Source: Perkinsela sp. CCAP 1560/9
Lineage: Eukaryota > Protista > Euglenozoa: Kinetoplastea
Direction: 5' to 3'
DNA: 64,000 bases
Assembly: GCA_965644495.1 (NCBI GenBank)
Contig: CBFFSA010000001.1
Span: 62,001 to 126,000 of the forward strand
Part shown: piece by piece, positions 32,359 through 42,940 of the stretch
Position numbering within the stretch: the stretch's first letter is position 1
Layout: the number at the start of each line of letters is the position of its first letter
Program-made: the position numbers and the translations under genes
The notes under the pieces: generated by a model
Told to the model about the DNA's origin: nothing
What the model saw: the letters and a program-made list of their open reading frames with translations, nothing else
The model's database searches: none

Positions 32359-34506
32359 ATGTCGGATAAAAGAAACGAGGAAGATCCAGGGGCTCTTCAA
32401 GACGGCCAGGAGAGATTGCAATACATAGCCTCCCCGCCAACCTGGCCTTTGCGTAAAAAGCAGTTAGCGAAGAAATCCATAGACTTGAATAGCGACGATC
32501 ACTCTATCAGTGTTGGGGGGCAGGCCCAAGCCGACGAGAGTGATAGCAGCGATGAGGAACCGTTGTTGAATCGTTCTGGGGACATACCTTCTCAGTGGTA
32601 CAGTGGGGAAAACTACGTAGGGTACGATATTGAGGGTCAACGGGTCCAAAGGGAAGAACAAAAGCCTCTGAACGAGCTTTTGCAACAGTTGGACGACCCA
32701 AAAAGAGTGCGTACCATTATTGATGCCTTGCACGGTCGTCAAGTAGCTGTTCCTGGGGAGGATCTTCAGCTGATTCTAAACCTCCAAAAAAATCTTTATC
32801 CTTCCACAAACTACAACCCGTATCAGGACTTACCCCCAGAAACGGCCATTTTCGACGGGTTGCAAAACCCTTTTGCTTCGGGTCCCGGCTCCAAGCGGCG
32901 GCACACCCCGGATCACCACTGGCGACGCCAGGTCGAGAAACTCATCGCTCGCGTCCGTCGCCACGGCGCCTGGAACGAATCCGACATTGACCGCACTAAA
33001 CCCACCCCCTCCACCTACGCCCTCTGGGACCAACCCATGGAATCCACCACCGCTCTCCTCCGTCTCCAACGTCACCGTCTCCCACCCCCTCCCCTCCCCC
33101 CGCCCGGCACCGAGGAAAGCTACAACCCCCCCGACGAGTACCTCCCCTCCCGTGAGGCCTACCGCCACTTCCACACCACCTCCGATCTCGACAAACCCAC
33201 CCACTTCCTCCCCCAGCGCTACCCCTGCCTGCGTCACGTCCCCTGGTACCCCCGCACCCTCCACGAGTCCTACCAGCGCTGTCTCGACCTCTCCGCCTTC
33301 CCCCGCAGGACATCCCACAAGCTGAACCTCGACCCCGAGAGCCTTCTCCCACAGCTCCCCTCCCCCCGGGCCCTAGCCCCCTTCCCCGAGCGCCTGGCCA
33401 TGAGCTACAGTGGGCACACCGCCGCGGTGCGGTCGCTGGCGCCGTGCGGGCCGCAGGGCCAGTGGCTCGCGACGGGGTGCGACGACCACCTGCTGCGCGT
33501 GTTCGAGACCTCCACGGGGCGGGTGGTGCGCCGGGTCGACCTGCGCAGCCCCGTGGCGTGGGTCGGGGAGAGCCCGGGCCCCGGGCTGCGGTATGTCGTC
33601 GCCGCGACGGACAGTGCCCTGGTGTTTGTGGCGCCGCCGTGGGGGGGCGGGGGTGGGGAGGGGGTGGGGGAGAGAACGAGGAGGTGCCTGGGTGGGGGGG
33701 TGGAGGGGGAGGGTGGTTGGCGTACAAAGGGGAGAGATGTGGAGGAGGTCGCGTTTACGCCGGGGATGGGGGAATTGGAGCAAACGGAGTTGGCGAAGTT
33801 TGTAACGCCCAGTGTGGAGGAGCAGCGTGCGGGGATTATGCTGCGTGTGGACTTTCATTTTAAGGTACGTGCCGCGAGTGTGCATAAGAAGGGTGACTAC
33901 GTGGCTGTGATTTGCCCAGGTGATGCGAAGAAGAGTCGCCAAGTGGTGTTTCTACTCCTTTCCCAGCGTCGCGTGATGTCGCCGTTTTCGCATTTGTCCA
34001 AAGATCGAATTGTGGACTGTCGATTTGTCATGTCTCAACCGCATTTCGTGGTTGCAACGACTCGTTTTATTCGTGTATTCGATCTTTCACAACAAAAATT
34101 AATTAAGAAATTTCGGTCCTCTGTAGATTGCGTGACGTCTTTAGATGTGCATTACTCTGGGGAACATTTTTTGGTCTCCTCTTTGGATTCGCACGTTGTG
34201 TGGTTTGATATGGAACTAAGTGATAAGCCACACAAAAAAATGCACAGCCACAGCTCTTCGGTGCATCGAGTATCGTATCACCCACAAGGTTGGACGTATC
34301 CTTTATTTGCATCCTCCTCTCAAAGCGGCGAAGTACACGTCCACCACGGCTCTGTCTCTGATGACTATAACAACCCTCCTGTGATTGTCCCTCTGAGGAT
34401 ACTGAAACATAAGAACGCTGTGCTTGACTGTAAGTTTCATCCTAGCTTACCGTGGTTATTTACTTCCACTAGTGAGGGTGAAGTAATGGCATGGGTAGAG
34501 GTTTAA
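32359..34506 (+). CDS. BOP1: Ribosome biogenesis WD40 protein BOP1/Erb1
   Basis: WY..ENYVGYDIEG, PPGTEESYNPPDEYL, YQRCLDLSAFPR, DPESLLPQLPSP..PFP, WD40 repeats, FHPSLPWLFT. Confidence 0.95.
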   Translation: MSDKRNEEDPGALQDGQERLQYIASPPTWPLRKKQLAKKSIDLNSDDHSISVGGQAQADESDSSDEEPLLNRSGDIPSQWYSGENYVGYDIEGQRVQREEQKPLNELLQQLDDPKRVRTIIDALHGRQVAVPGEDLQLILNLQKNLYPSTNYNPYQDLPPETAIFDGLQNPFASGPGSKRRHTPDHHWRRQVEKLIARVRRHGAWNESDIDRTKPTPSTYALWDQPMESTTALLRLQRHRLPPPPLPPPGTEESYNPPDEYLPSREAYRHFHTTSDLDKPTHFLPQRYPCLRHVPWYPRTLHESYQRCLDLSAFPRRTSHKLNLDPESLLPQLPSPRALAPFPERLAMSYSGHTAAVRSLAPCGPQGQWLATGCDDHLLRVFETSTGRVVRRVDLRSPVAWVGESPGPGLRYVVAATDSALVFVAPPWGGGGGEGVGERTRRCLGGGVEGEGGWRTKGRDVEEVAFTPGMGELEQTELAKFVTPSVEEQRAGIMLRVDFHFKVRAASVHKKGDYVAVICPGDAKKSRQVVFLLLSQRRVMSPFSHLSKDRIVDCRFVMSQPHFVVATTRFIRVFDLSQQKLIKKFRSSVDCVTSLDVHYSGEHFLVSSLDSHVVWFDMELSDKPHKKMHSHSSSVHRVSYHPQGWTYPLFASSSQSGEVHVHHGSVSDDYNNPPVIVPLRILKHKNAVLDCKFHPSLPWLFTSTSEGEVMAWVEV

Positions 34507-34730
34507 ATGGTGTTAAGGTTTTGACAAAATCTATACGTTTCGTTCGTGCAGGCTTTGCGAAAAATAGCCTGGATTGTTATACATCTCCATTGTCTCCTTT
34601 ATGAAAAAAATAGTGTTGGTAATACATGGATTGTATTCGGGGCTGCAAACCAATTTTCTGAATATTGAATTGCTTCATGAAATAATTAACAGATTCCAAG
34701 AGAAATATTTGTCGTTTTCACACTGATATT

Positions 34731-35135
34731 ATGACTACTTGTTCCAACGACGTCCTGGCACTAGAGAAAGAGTTGCAGGATAAATGCTTTCTGGGCGATG
34801 GAGTGATTCCCTCAAAAAAAGATATCGATGCTTTTGAATCTATTGTTGGGCCAGAAAATGAAGGTCTCAAATCGTGGATTCTACGGATGGAAGCAAAGTG
34901 CGTTACTCCAGTGCGTGCGGCTCAGATCGCTGATTGTTTAAAGTCCTGTGGAGACCTATTCATGGGAGGTGTGACTCCGAGTGCCAAGGATGTCGAACTT
35001 TTCCACGAGCTGCTTGGCGAAGACAATGTAGCCTTGTATCGATGGATTAAGAACATGGCGTCCTATTCAGATAAAGAAAGACTGGCATTCCCTCCTTCAA
35101 AAAAGGGAAGCAAGGTGACATATTCACTACCGTAG
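34731..35135 (+). CDS. Protein of two tandem EF-1beta N-terminal-like domains, no GEF domain
   Basis: FLGDGVIPSKKDIDAF..LKSWI and LFMGGVTPSAKDVELFHELLGEDNVALYRWIKNMASY resemble the trypanosomatid EF-1beta N-terminus. Confidence 0.75.
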   Translation: MTTCSNDVLALEKELQDKCFLGDGVIPSKKDIDAFESIVGPENEGLKSWILRMEAKCVTPVRAAQIADCLKSCGDLFMGGVTPSAKDVELFHELLGEDNVALYRWIKNMASYSDKERLAFPPSKKGSKVTYSLP

Positions 35136-35556
35136 CACATTCACCGCGTTCTCGAAAATTTCTGAATATCGTACGGTATGATTGAAACTGTACTTATTTT
35201 TCGTTAGCTTTTTATGAGACTATAAAAGGATTGCTTCCTTACATTATTCTAGGAATGCTGCTGAGCAAGGCAGTAGTGACTAGTCGGACAGGAAAATAAT
35301 ATTGATGCCTACTAATTTGGAAGGTCTTATTGACTGTTTTGCGTTGGTAAATGAATAATAGCTAAGAATCGCGTATCTTTTGCTGTGCTCTCCTTTTTTC
35401 CTTCCATATTATCGTGTGCGTGAGTGGTAATCATAAAAAAAGTTTGTTTCCTCATCATAAGACGTTCTTACAAATCATAGATCTTGCTTTTGCTTTGAAC
35501 GTATTCTAACTGAGCCTTAATGAATTTCTGAATGACTAGGAAACGTTCCTTCAAGA

Positions 35557-38367
35557 ATGCGGAATTCTTTACTGCACCTGCTGAGAAGAAGCCAAGATTT
35601 GTACTTTATTTATAGAACATCGGACGATTATCAGAAACAAATTGTATCCTTACGCAACTCTTCAAGACGACCACCGCCCTTTCGTGATGGCATTCGTGGC
35701 CATCTTACTCATACAGCAGAACCAACTTCATTGTCACTGTTCAAAACTTCAGAAGTAGGAACGACAAAAGAATTATTTTCATTCCTTCGGAAGAAATATC
35801 ATGGGCCGCCAACCCCGAAAGAAAGCATTCAAGGAATGAAAAATCGTTCCAGTACCGGAACACGCATTTCCAACTTTTCACGTGAAGAACGAGGCGAAAG
35901 CGATTGGGTCACAGCACTAAATAATTTTCATGGGCTCAAACGTGTCAGTGGTGGGCAGGCGAATGACTATTTGCTAGCTATGCGTCCCCTGTGTCAGTGT
36001 TTGCCTTGCCGGTGGGAAATTGCAATAAAATTAGTTACTTTTTCATATCCCACCCTTTGTGTCGAGCCGTATTTTCTTGCACTTCAGATATGCTGTCAAA
36101 GCAATGATCAAAAGAACAATCCATCCCAGTTGAAACACTCAATCTTGTCCCGCTGTCCGGAAGAGGTCAATTCGTGTCCACCTTCTATCTCATTTGAATT
36201 ATTCAACCGGTTTCTTTTTCCTCGTTCAGTATCGGAGTCTTCACCAGTGCTCAATCTTGACAGTGCGAAAACATGTCGCAACTTGCAGAACGCCATTGAA
36301 AGATTGCGCAGATTTCTCCCTCACATATATGAGGCACTTTCCATGCTTGTAGAGAACTGCATCATTTGCGATGACGTGCGGACCATGTGTTTACTTCTGT
36401 TTAGATTGGATGAAATTATAAGAAAGGACGGCCATTTTAGTGAATGCTCTCCAGATCTTCTTATCAAGTACCTGAGTGGAGCATCACCGGATAACTCAGA
36501 TCGCCTTCATCAAACGCTTAAAAGGGGAATGATTCATTTTGAAATCACACTAGAGATTTTGCAACGGTACGATCCACTCATTCGACAATGGAGGTTGCAG
36601 GTGATTCAGGGAGTGATGTGGAAACACAGTGCTAAAACACTGTTCATGCTTCTGGAGAGGTACAAACTTTGGTCACACTATTCTAACCCACAATATGCCA
36701 GTTTGCTGCAAATGACATCTCAGTCATTAAAGACCATCATTGAACAGGCAGAGTGGACTACTGCTTTTCGAGTCATGGTCGGTGCCGAAAAGGATATACG
36801 ACAGTCTAGCTCCGAGCAACGCAATGCCCATCAATTGAACGTGTTTTCCCCCGAAATCCTGGACACACTTATTCATAGAGCCAGCAAAGAAAGAACAATG
36901 TCCATAACCAGTTTTCGAAAGCAATCTAATTTTGGGGTTTACGAGAAGTTATTCAGTCCGTCATTGTACATGGAATACAAGTCACTTGGGAAATCTCCGG
37001 AATATTTGATTGAAAAAACTCTATTGTTGTCAAAAATTCGTTCAAATCCGAGTTGGGCACATGCTCTTCGCTTTCTATCCTTGGGAATCGAGCACTGCAA
37101 CCTACGTTTGTCGGAGAGTTTAATACTCACGTTAGCCTCGCGCACAGCTATTTCTCTACACACCCTTCTAAGACTTGTATTGTATGCTTCCATAGTGCAG
37201 AATTGCAACGTTTCCCGTTTGAGTCTTGCCCGGCTGATTGGAAAGAAGTGGGAATTGCACGCCGTGTCCTGGAGGGAAGCAATGGATTTTTTTCACCCCT
37301 GGTTCGTTGAGGCGTCCGCAGGTGATCAACGAGATCTATTATTTTCCTGCATTTTTCCTTTGCTGCTTGCTGCGAATCGAATTGGACAGGCAGGTGAAAT
37401 ATTGGGAAAATGTTTTCATTTAAACAAGGTCATACTCGGAACATCCGGTGAGTCACGAGCGATGACCTCCGAAAACTTGTGGCTCATACCAGGACCCGTA
37501 CACGCCACCACCTTTCATGTTCTGTATGCCGTAGCCACGAACTCCCATCCTATTTTCAGTGGTCTCCACGGAGCCTGTCATGGCAACGAGCGACTCTCGC
37601 TCGCCGCCTTCACGGCGTTGCGCCGTACGACGTGTAGGGAGATTCGGTTTTGGCTGCTCCGTATGATTCGGCGCCAACTCCACCCGATCGAGTTTACTAC
37701 ACAGCAGAAGTTACATCACACCATACGCTCCGTGCGCTGTTTAGCCGTGCTCGACACGAATTTCTTTGTCGCCGCGGAGTTACTGCATCACGCGCTGTCC
37801 GAGTTTACCGCAGGGGAGAAAGTAGCACTGGTCGTCAGTACCTCAACCCTGCTAGAGTTTGCCTGGACCCGGGCAGTAGACCAAAAAGCCGGGGCCTCGC
37901 AAAAGATGGTGCTTGCGGAACATCTTCGACGCTTCTTTGAAGTTCTGGAGAGTAGCTGTCGCTGTCCTGTGGTGCTGCTCGCTCCCCATGACGAGATAGA
38001 GATTCGCGTCCCGCTGTCCCCACAGCATGTGGTGCATACGGTTTCTGGGGATGCGGCCCCAGGAGAAGTAGAGGAATTTGATCCCGACTATGGGCTTGTC
38101 CAGGCTACCCGACCAGATAGTGTTTTGATATCCCTGGCTGTGGGTATGAAAACATACGCGCAAGAGGTCTGTAAGATCTCTAGTGGCGTAGACACGTCTT
38201 CGGGTCTACACGAACAGAGCGATGAAAGAGAACCTCCCGAGGTTGCGATTTTTACTCAAGATCTTGAACTGGTGGGGAATGCAAGGCAATTTGGGGTGGA
38301 ATGCTATGCGAGGATAAATGTAAGTGCTTTAAACAATGAGTCCCTGCGACAGAGTCAAAACTTGTAA
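35557..38367 (+). CDS. Putative mitochondrial helical-repeat protein with C-terminal PIN nuclease domain
   Basis: Presequence-like MRNSLLHLLRRS; recurring WxxA(L/I/F/M) helices; PIN acidic tetrad VLDTNF / TLLEF / PDSVL / FTQD. Confidence 0.7.
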   Translation: MRNSLLHLLRRSQDLYFIYRTSDDYQKQIVSLRNSSRRPPPFRDGIRGHLTHTAEPTSLSLFKTSEVGTTKELFSFLRKKYHGPPTPKESIQGMKNRSSTGTRISNFSREERGESDWVTALNNFHGLKRVSGGQANDYLLAMRPLCQCLPCRWEIAIKLVTFSYPTLCVEPYFLALQICCQSNDQKNNPSQLKHSILSRCPEEVNSCPPSISFELFNRFLFPRSVSESSPVLNLDSAKTCRNLQNAIERLRRFLPHIYEALSMLVENCIICDDVRTMCLLLFRLDEIIRKDGHFSECSPDLLIKYLSGASPDNSDRLHQTLKRGMIHFEITLEILQRYDPLIRQWRLQVIQGVMWKHSAKTLFMLLERYKLWSHYSNPQYASLLQMTSQSLKTIIEQAEWTTAFRVMVGAEKDIRQSSSEQRNAHQLNVFSPEILDTLIHRASKERTMSITSFRKQSNFGVYEKLFSPSLYMEYKSLGKSPEYLIEKTLLLSKIRSNPSWAHALRFLSLGIEHCNLRLSESLILTLASRTAISLHTLLRLVLYASIVQNCNVSRLSLARLIGKKWELHAVSWREAMDFFHPWFVEASAGDQRDLLFSCIFPLLLAANRIGQAGEILGKCFHLNKVILGTSGESRAMTSENLWLIPGPVHATTFHVLYAVATNSHPIFSGLHGACHGNERLSLAAFTALRRTTCREIRFWLLRMIRRQLHPIEFTTQQKLHHTIRSVRCLAVLDTNFFVAAELLHHALSEFTAGEKVALVVSTSTLLEFAWTRAVDQKAGASQKMVLAEHLRRFFEVLESSCRCPVVLLAPHDEIEIRVPLSPQHVVHTVSGDAAPGEVEEFDPDYGLVQATRPDSVLISLAVGMKTYAQEVCKISSGVDTSSGLHEQSDEREPPEVAIFTQDLELVGNARQFGVECYARINVSALNNESLRQSQNL

Positions 38368-38822
38368 GATTGCATCAGGAGTACGATATAATTTCTGTAA
38401 TTGTATTACGGAAAATCTTCGCATTAAATACGAGGACTTTTTAGTCTACTCGTTTCCATACCGAATTTCGGACTTTTAAGCTTCCCCATAGGCTACAAAA
38501 GTGTGTCATATTTCGGCAAGAGTTTCGACCCATCGTCTTCTCCATCAGACAGATCTCGCTTTCGCAAAGGAAAAATACTCGAGTAGAGGGGACCTTCGAT
38601 GAAGTTTCATCGAAATTTGTACACTTTCTCCATGGTCTGAAGAAAAATTCTGACCTGCAGTCCAAATCCTGGACCATGTATCTGTGTTTTTTTATTGTAT
38701 TGTATGTTTCTTTGTCGTCTTTCTCATCTACAGTAAGAGCGTATAGTTGACATATGATTTATGGTATTGCTGCTTCCTTTTTCTAGAATTTCGATTTACG
38801 TTATAGCACGACAGTTCTTCGC

Positions 38823-39437
38823 ATGCAACTTACCTTGCTACGAACACAGTTTAGATATCTCCATGCTTCGGGGATAGCAAGACTTACTCCGGGTAGCTCT
38901 CCTGAGGAAATTAGCGGCACGAATGTCTCTACTCAATCACCAGCCTGCAGGGGTAGTTCCTGGAAGGCTCATGCGAGCAAGACAAAACATGTTCAGGTCA
39001 ATACCTCTCATGCGAAGGCAAAGGCTTCCAGATGGAAGAAATATGAGGACGTACAGAAACAGTCAGACCAGAGAGCACTTTCATTCATGAATAAAATAAG
39101 CAATGTTCATATCGATATGAAAATGACGAAAACTTTGCCGAGCCTTCAAGAAAGATTTGGAACGAAATTTCTAATGACATACATTATAGCCTATGTCTCT
39201 GGTATTGTTGTATTCTTTTACCTTTTCTTTGAGGCATCATGGATACCTATAGATACCGTGTTAACCTACTTTTTCGAAACTAAAATAGTAGAACAGTGCC
39301 ATTTAAAGGTAGTCACGACACTTTTCTTGGCCTTCATCGCCAACGAATTTGCCGAATTTATCCGATATCCCACTCTTCTCTGCATTCGATGGCTGTCTAT
39401 GAGAAAAGGACGAAAGACTAAGATCCTTCATGCTTAA
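38823..39437 (+). CDS. DUF1279/FAM210-like mitochondrial membrane protein
   Basis: ERFGTKFLMTYIIAY..FFY..IPID and LAFIANEFAEFIRYP pattern; presequence-like N-terminus. Confidence 0.55.
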   Translation: MQLTLLRTQFRYLHASGIARLTPGSSPEEISGTNVSTQSPACRGSSWKAHASKTKHVQVNTSHAKAKASRWKKYEDVQKQSDQRALSFMNKISNVHIDMKMTKTLPSLQERFGTKFLMTYIIAYVSGIVVFFYLFFEASWIPIDTVLTYFFETKIVEQCHLKVVTTLFLAFIANEFAEFIRYPTLLCIRWLSMRKGRKTKILHA

Positions 39438-39735
39438 ATAGAGAAGCAGAAAATCGGATTGCTTGTGGTCGCAACGAATCGTTGCGATATCATTACGGTA
39501 TCAAGGGAACTGTTCTGCTATATTCATCGCAGTTTGTGCATCTGTTTATAGCTCATGACATTTTGTGCACATGAAAGAACCTTTCAGAATCATTTATTGA
39601 CGAATCTTCTAATTCACTACTAAACAGTGACTCTTAATCTTGATAGTCATTAATGCAAATGTTCTTGCGTATCAAATTGATAAAACTGATAAAATTATTT
39701 TCCTGTTATTCTTGGTATCTTCTCACATATAGGAA

Positions 39736-40176
39736 ATGCAATTTACAAGAAAGGGGTCAATTCCTGTTTACCACTGCGCGTTAGGGAAATGCAATGCCAG
39801 ATCGCACATAAACTCCATCGTCGGGTGCAAAGCCCAGCGGGCATACTGCACTACGCGCGCTACACTAAATACGGCATCGGCATCACAGCAAGGTCGTACC
39901 GTTTCTAAGGTGGTGCCCGGAAAAATGTTTATGTTGACCTGGACGGCTGGGGAACAAAGCGCAGCCAGTATCACTAACCGTGTTGTTAGCATTGGGCTAG
40001 TATTCGGTGGAGCGTTGCTTCTTGCGTTATATGGGCCACACGTTACCTCCTACAGTGTATTGACCATGGCCCTCCTGGGTGTTTTCCCTGCCATGTTTCT
40101 GTATTTACATCTAGGGTATGTCCACATTCTTACAGTAGCATTTGCCTTATATTGTTTTCTATTGTGGCGAGAATAG
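39736..40176 (+). CDS. Small hypothetical membrane protein (probably mitochondrial)
   Basis: Basic N-terminus and three hydrophobic C-terminal segments. Confidence 0.55.
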   Translation: MQFTRKGSIPVYHCALGKCNARSHINSIVGCKAQRAYCTTRATLNTASASQQGRTVSKVVPGKMFMLTWTAGEQSAASITNRVVSIGLVFGGALLLALYGPHVTSYSVLTMALLGVFPAMFLYLHLGYVHILTVAFALYCFLLWRE

Positions 40177-40627
40177 AGTAAACCTTGATTTTTATGCGGA
40201 CGTGAGCTTATTTCAACCATGCAAGTGTGTATTAATTTTTTTTGAAGAAGTACACTGAACAATGATCGCATTTAAGTTGAACATAAGTAGCTAAATAATT
40301 TATAAATACAGGAATAGCACTGAACCTCCAAGAATGCTCGTATTGATTATCAAAGATCATACAAAGACTTTTATTGGCAGACTTTTCTTATAGCAATGGA
40401 ACTTTCTACAGTTGTAAAGCACATGTAAAAACATTTGTAATCATCTAACATAACTTTTTTTATATTGAAATTGTACACGATAATCTGAAATTGGGAAATT
40501 TCACGTCAAGAATATTCCCAATCTCACCTGAAACGAATTATCTTGACGAGACCGAATATTACCCCCAAAAAATAGCCAAATTCAGTCTACTTTGATTTGA
40601 CAGAGTTTTAAGCTTTGACCTTTCTCA

Positions 40628-42754
40628 ATGCGGACATCGCTGCGGTATCTGCACCGAAGACGAAATGGAATATCGAATGCACAACAAAGTTATACCCATG
40701 AGAAGTCACCCTTCAGTGGGGGATACACGAGTGCCGGCGTTCCGCCCTCTCGTGGTGCATATTTCAAGAATGAAATCCCAGCGCCCTTGCCGAACTCACC
40801 GAGCTATGATGTTGTAATGCGAGCTGGTCGTGAACTCGCGGACAAAGCAAAGTACATGACAGATGCGCAGTGGGAGAATGTCCCTCTTAAAGACAAAGGT
40901 TACTTCACTCGATATATGGCGCAAATGCTACAACACTCACCTTCAGAAGTATCCGAGCATCAAAAACGACGTTACTACGAAACTACGGGAAGACGTGTAA
41001 ATATACGTGAAGAGATGATTACCAATCCCTACCAACGTATGAAATCAAGCCTTCCGTTTGACATGGACACGCGTGGTCGCAACATTACCGTGTCGGAGGC
41101 CATAATGCAAGACGCAGATGAGTCTGAATTCGATACAGAAAAAGCAAAACAAATTGAATACGCTCAACTTCACTTTAAGCAAGCTTTTAAAGATTATGTT
41201 GCAAACCGACGGGCTGGAGTAAGCACAGAAGCTGAACGACGGAAACTATCCGATATGGCGCAATCTCTGCACCACGTAGTGCAACGTCATCTTGCCAACA
41301 CATACAAGTACGCTGACGCGCGTCTGCACGACGCTGTGAAGCAAAAAGCTCTTAACAAACTGGCTGCGATTGCTAAATTTCGAAAACGTGCATCGGATAT
41401 ACGCGATGGATTGTCAGGTGAAGGGACCGAAAGTGGACAAATACGCGAAAATACGCAACACGGTACCGCCACTGCGCCAGCTAACCGAACCGAGATTTTT
41501 GCCAACAAGTATGGCATTAACGTGGAGGTTGCCAACGCTATGTGGGAGTCCATGAAGGCCCAGGATGAGTTTCTTGAACGTCTTGAGGTTCTTAATCGAC
41601 TTTGCAGTGGACATGGTTTTGCTCACACCTCAAGTGACGAATCGCTTAATGAGTATGGTGACCGACTTCAAAGCTTGCTTAGCTTAGACCCCAATCATAT
41701 GGGCCGCCTAGATGCTGTACAATATTACGCTCGTTTAGAAGAGCGTGAACCCATAGATTGGGCTCGTCGTTGGTATGAAAAACATCTTCTCTATCCGATT
41801 CATTTGCTGCCAGAGTATCAAAAACTGGAGGAACTTTCGAAATCCGGGTCATCTGAAATCCTGCAGCACGAGGCACAAGAAAGAGTCAATGGCGTTCAAT
41901 CTTTTGCGGGGTTAATTTTTGATGGTTTAGATACGGAATCGGTTCATCAGCAACGCATTCGCCATCTCGCCTTTACCTATATGCACATCCAAATTGCACG
42001 CATGAGGGCCAAATGCTTGAAATATCAAAAAATGGATATGGAGGCAGAATCTCAAAGAGTCCAAGAGTTATTGCGTGGCATGCGAGAGCTAAACAGTGAT
42101 TTTTCCAACCCGGAAGTCCTTCGCAGACACGGAGAAATTCAAAAATATGTCACCGAAGTGATCGAGAGGTGTCGAGATCAAATGTCAAGTGTAGGAATGG
42201 AAGGAAGCTCTCTCGAAGAGACACCAGAGTCCTCAAGTGAACAAGTTCGCGAAGCGATTTTGAGTCGCGATCCTAAACGAGTGGATGCTGAAGTTCAGCG
42301 ACTTGAACGGAGAAACAAAGCAGAACAAGTCCTTCGCTTACTTCGAATTTTGGAGGAAGATGTTCGTTCTGACGTCCAGTGGTATGAAGCATATGAAGAA
42401 GCAGAGCGCCCTCCTCTCATTCCCGAACCCGAACCATATTTGTATATTTCTGCCAATGATGCGAGAAACTTTGGATGCATAAAAGAACTTGACGACAAAA
42501 ACAAGGCTAATCCTTTTGTGAAGCTCAATTGGAACGTAAACTTCCTTGGGAAAGCGCTTGATTTGCCAACGGCTCCGATACTTTTTTGGGGCACGGGAGT
42601 CGCCGCAGTACAACAAGCACTCGCATACGAGGTAGAAAAGGCGAAGCAGCGACGTCGCGGACCGGCTCCTGAAGAAGCAGAAACAGGTTCAGAAGATGTG
42701 GAAAAGAACCCCTGGGGATGGAGAGAAAATCCTCAAGGTGTCGATAAGATTTAA
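40628..42754 (+). CDS. Hypothetical helical protein, 708 aa, probably mitochondrial
   Basis: Long ORF with presequence-like MRTSLRYLHRRR; family not recognised. Confidence 0.75.
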   Translation: MRTSLRYLHRRRNGISNAQQSYTHEKSPFSGGYTSAGVPPSRGAYFKNEIPAPLPNSPSYDVVMRAGRELADKAKYMTDAQWENVPLKDKGYFTRYMAQMLQHSPSEVSEHQKRRYYETTGRRVNIREEMITNPYQRMKSSLPFDMDTRGRNITVSEAIMQDADESEFDTEKAKQIEYAQLHFKQAFKDYVANRRAGVSTEAERRKLSDMAQSLHHVVQRHLANTYKYADARLHDAVKQKALNKLAAIAKFRKRASDIRDGLSGEGTESGQIRENTQHGTATAPANRTEIFANKYGINVEVANAMWESMKAQDEFLERLEVLNRLCSGHGFAHTSSDESLNEYGDRLQSLLSLDPNHMGRLDAVQYYARLEEREPIDWARRWYEKHLLYPIHLLPEYQKLEELSKSGSSEILQHEAQERVNGVQSFAGLIFDGLDTESVHQQRIRHLAFTYMHIQIARMRAKCLKYQKMDMEAESQRVQELLRGMRELNSDFSNPEVLRRHGEIQKYVTEVIERCRDQMSSVGMEGSSLEETPESSSEQVREAILSRDPKRVDAEVQRLERRNKAEQVLRLLRILEEDVRSDVQWYEAYEEAERPPLIPEPEPYLYISANDARNFGCIKELDDKNKANPFVKLNWNVNFLGKALDLPTAPILFWGTGVAAVQQALAYEVEKAKQRRRGPAPEEAETGSEDVEKNPWGWRENPQGVDKI

Positions 42755-42940
42755 TGTAATTAAAAACAGGCGAATAACGTTTCTCATATGAGGCTCAGAC
42801 TTTTTCATGCTTCACATAACAGTATGCTTCTTATACAGTGTATTTCACTTTAACGCATACATGTACTTTTCAGTGAAAAGTTTTCACTATGGTATGGTTT
42901 GCGCTTTGAAACTATTGATGGGTAGAACAATTTTTCTTGA

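Noticed and set aside
32830-33942. Multiple overlapping and antisense ORFs (also at RPL18, EIF5, HSLU)
   Set aside because: These are by-products of locally GC-rich, stop-poor composition in conserved genes.
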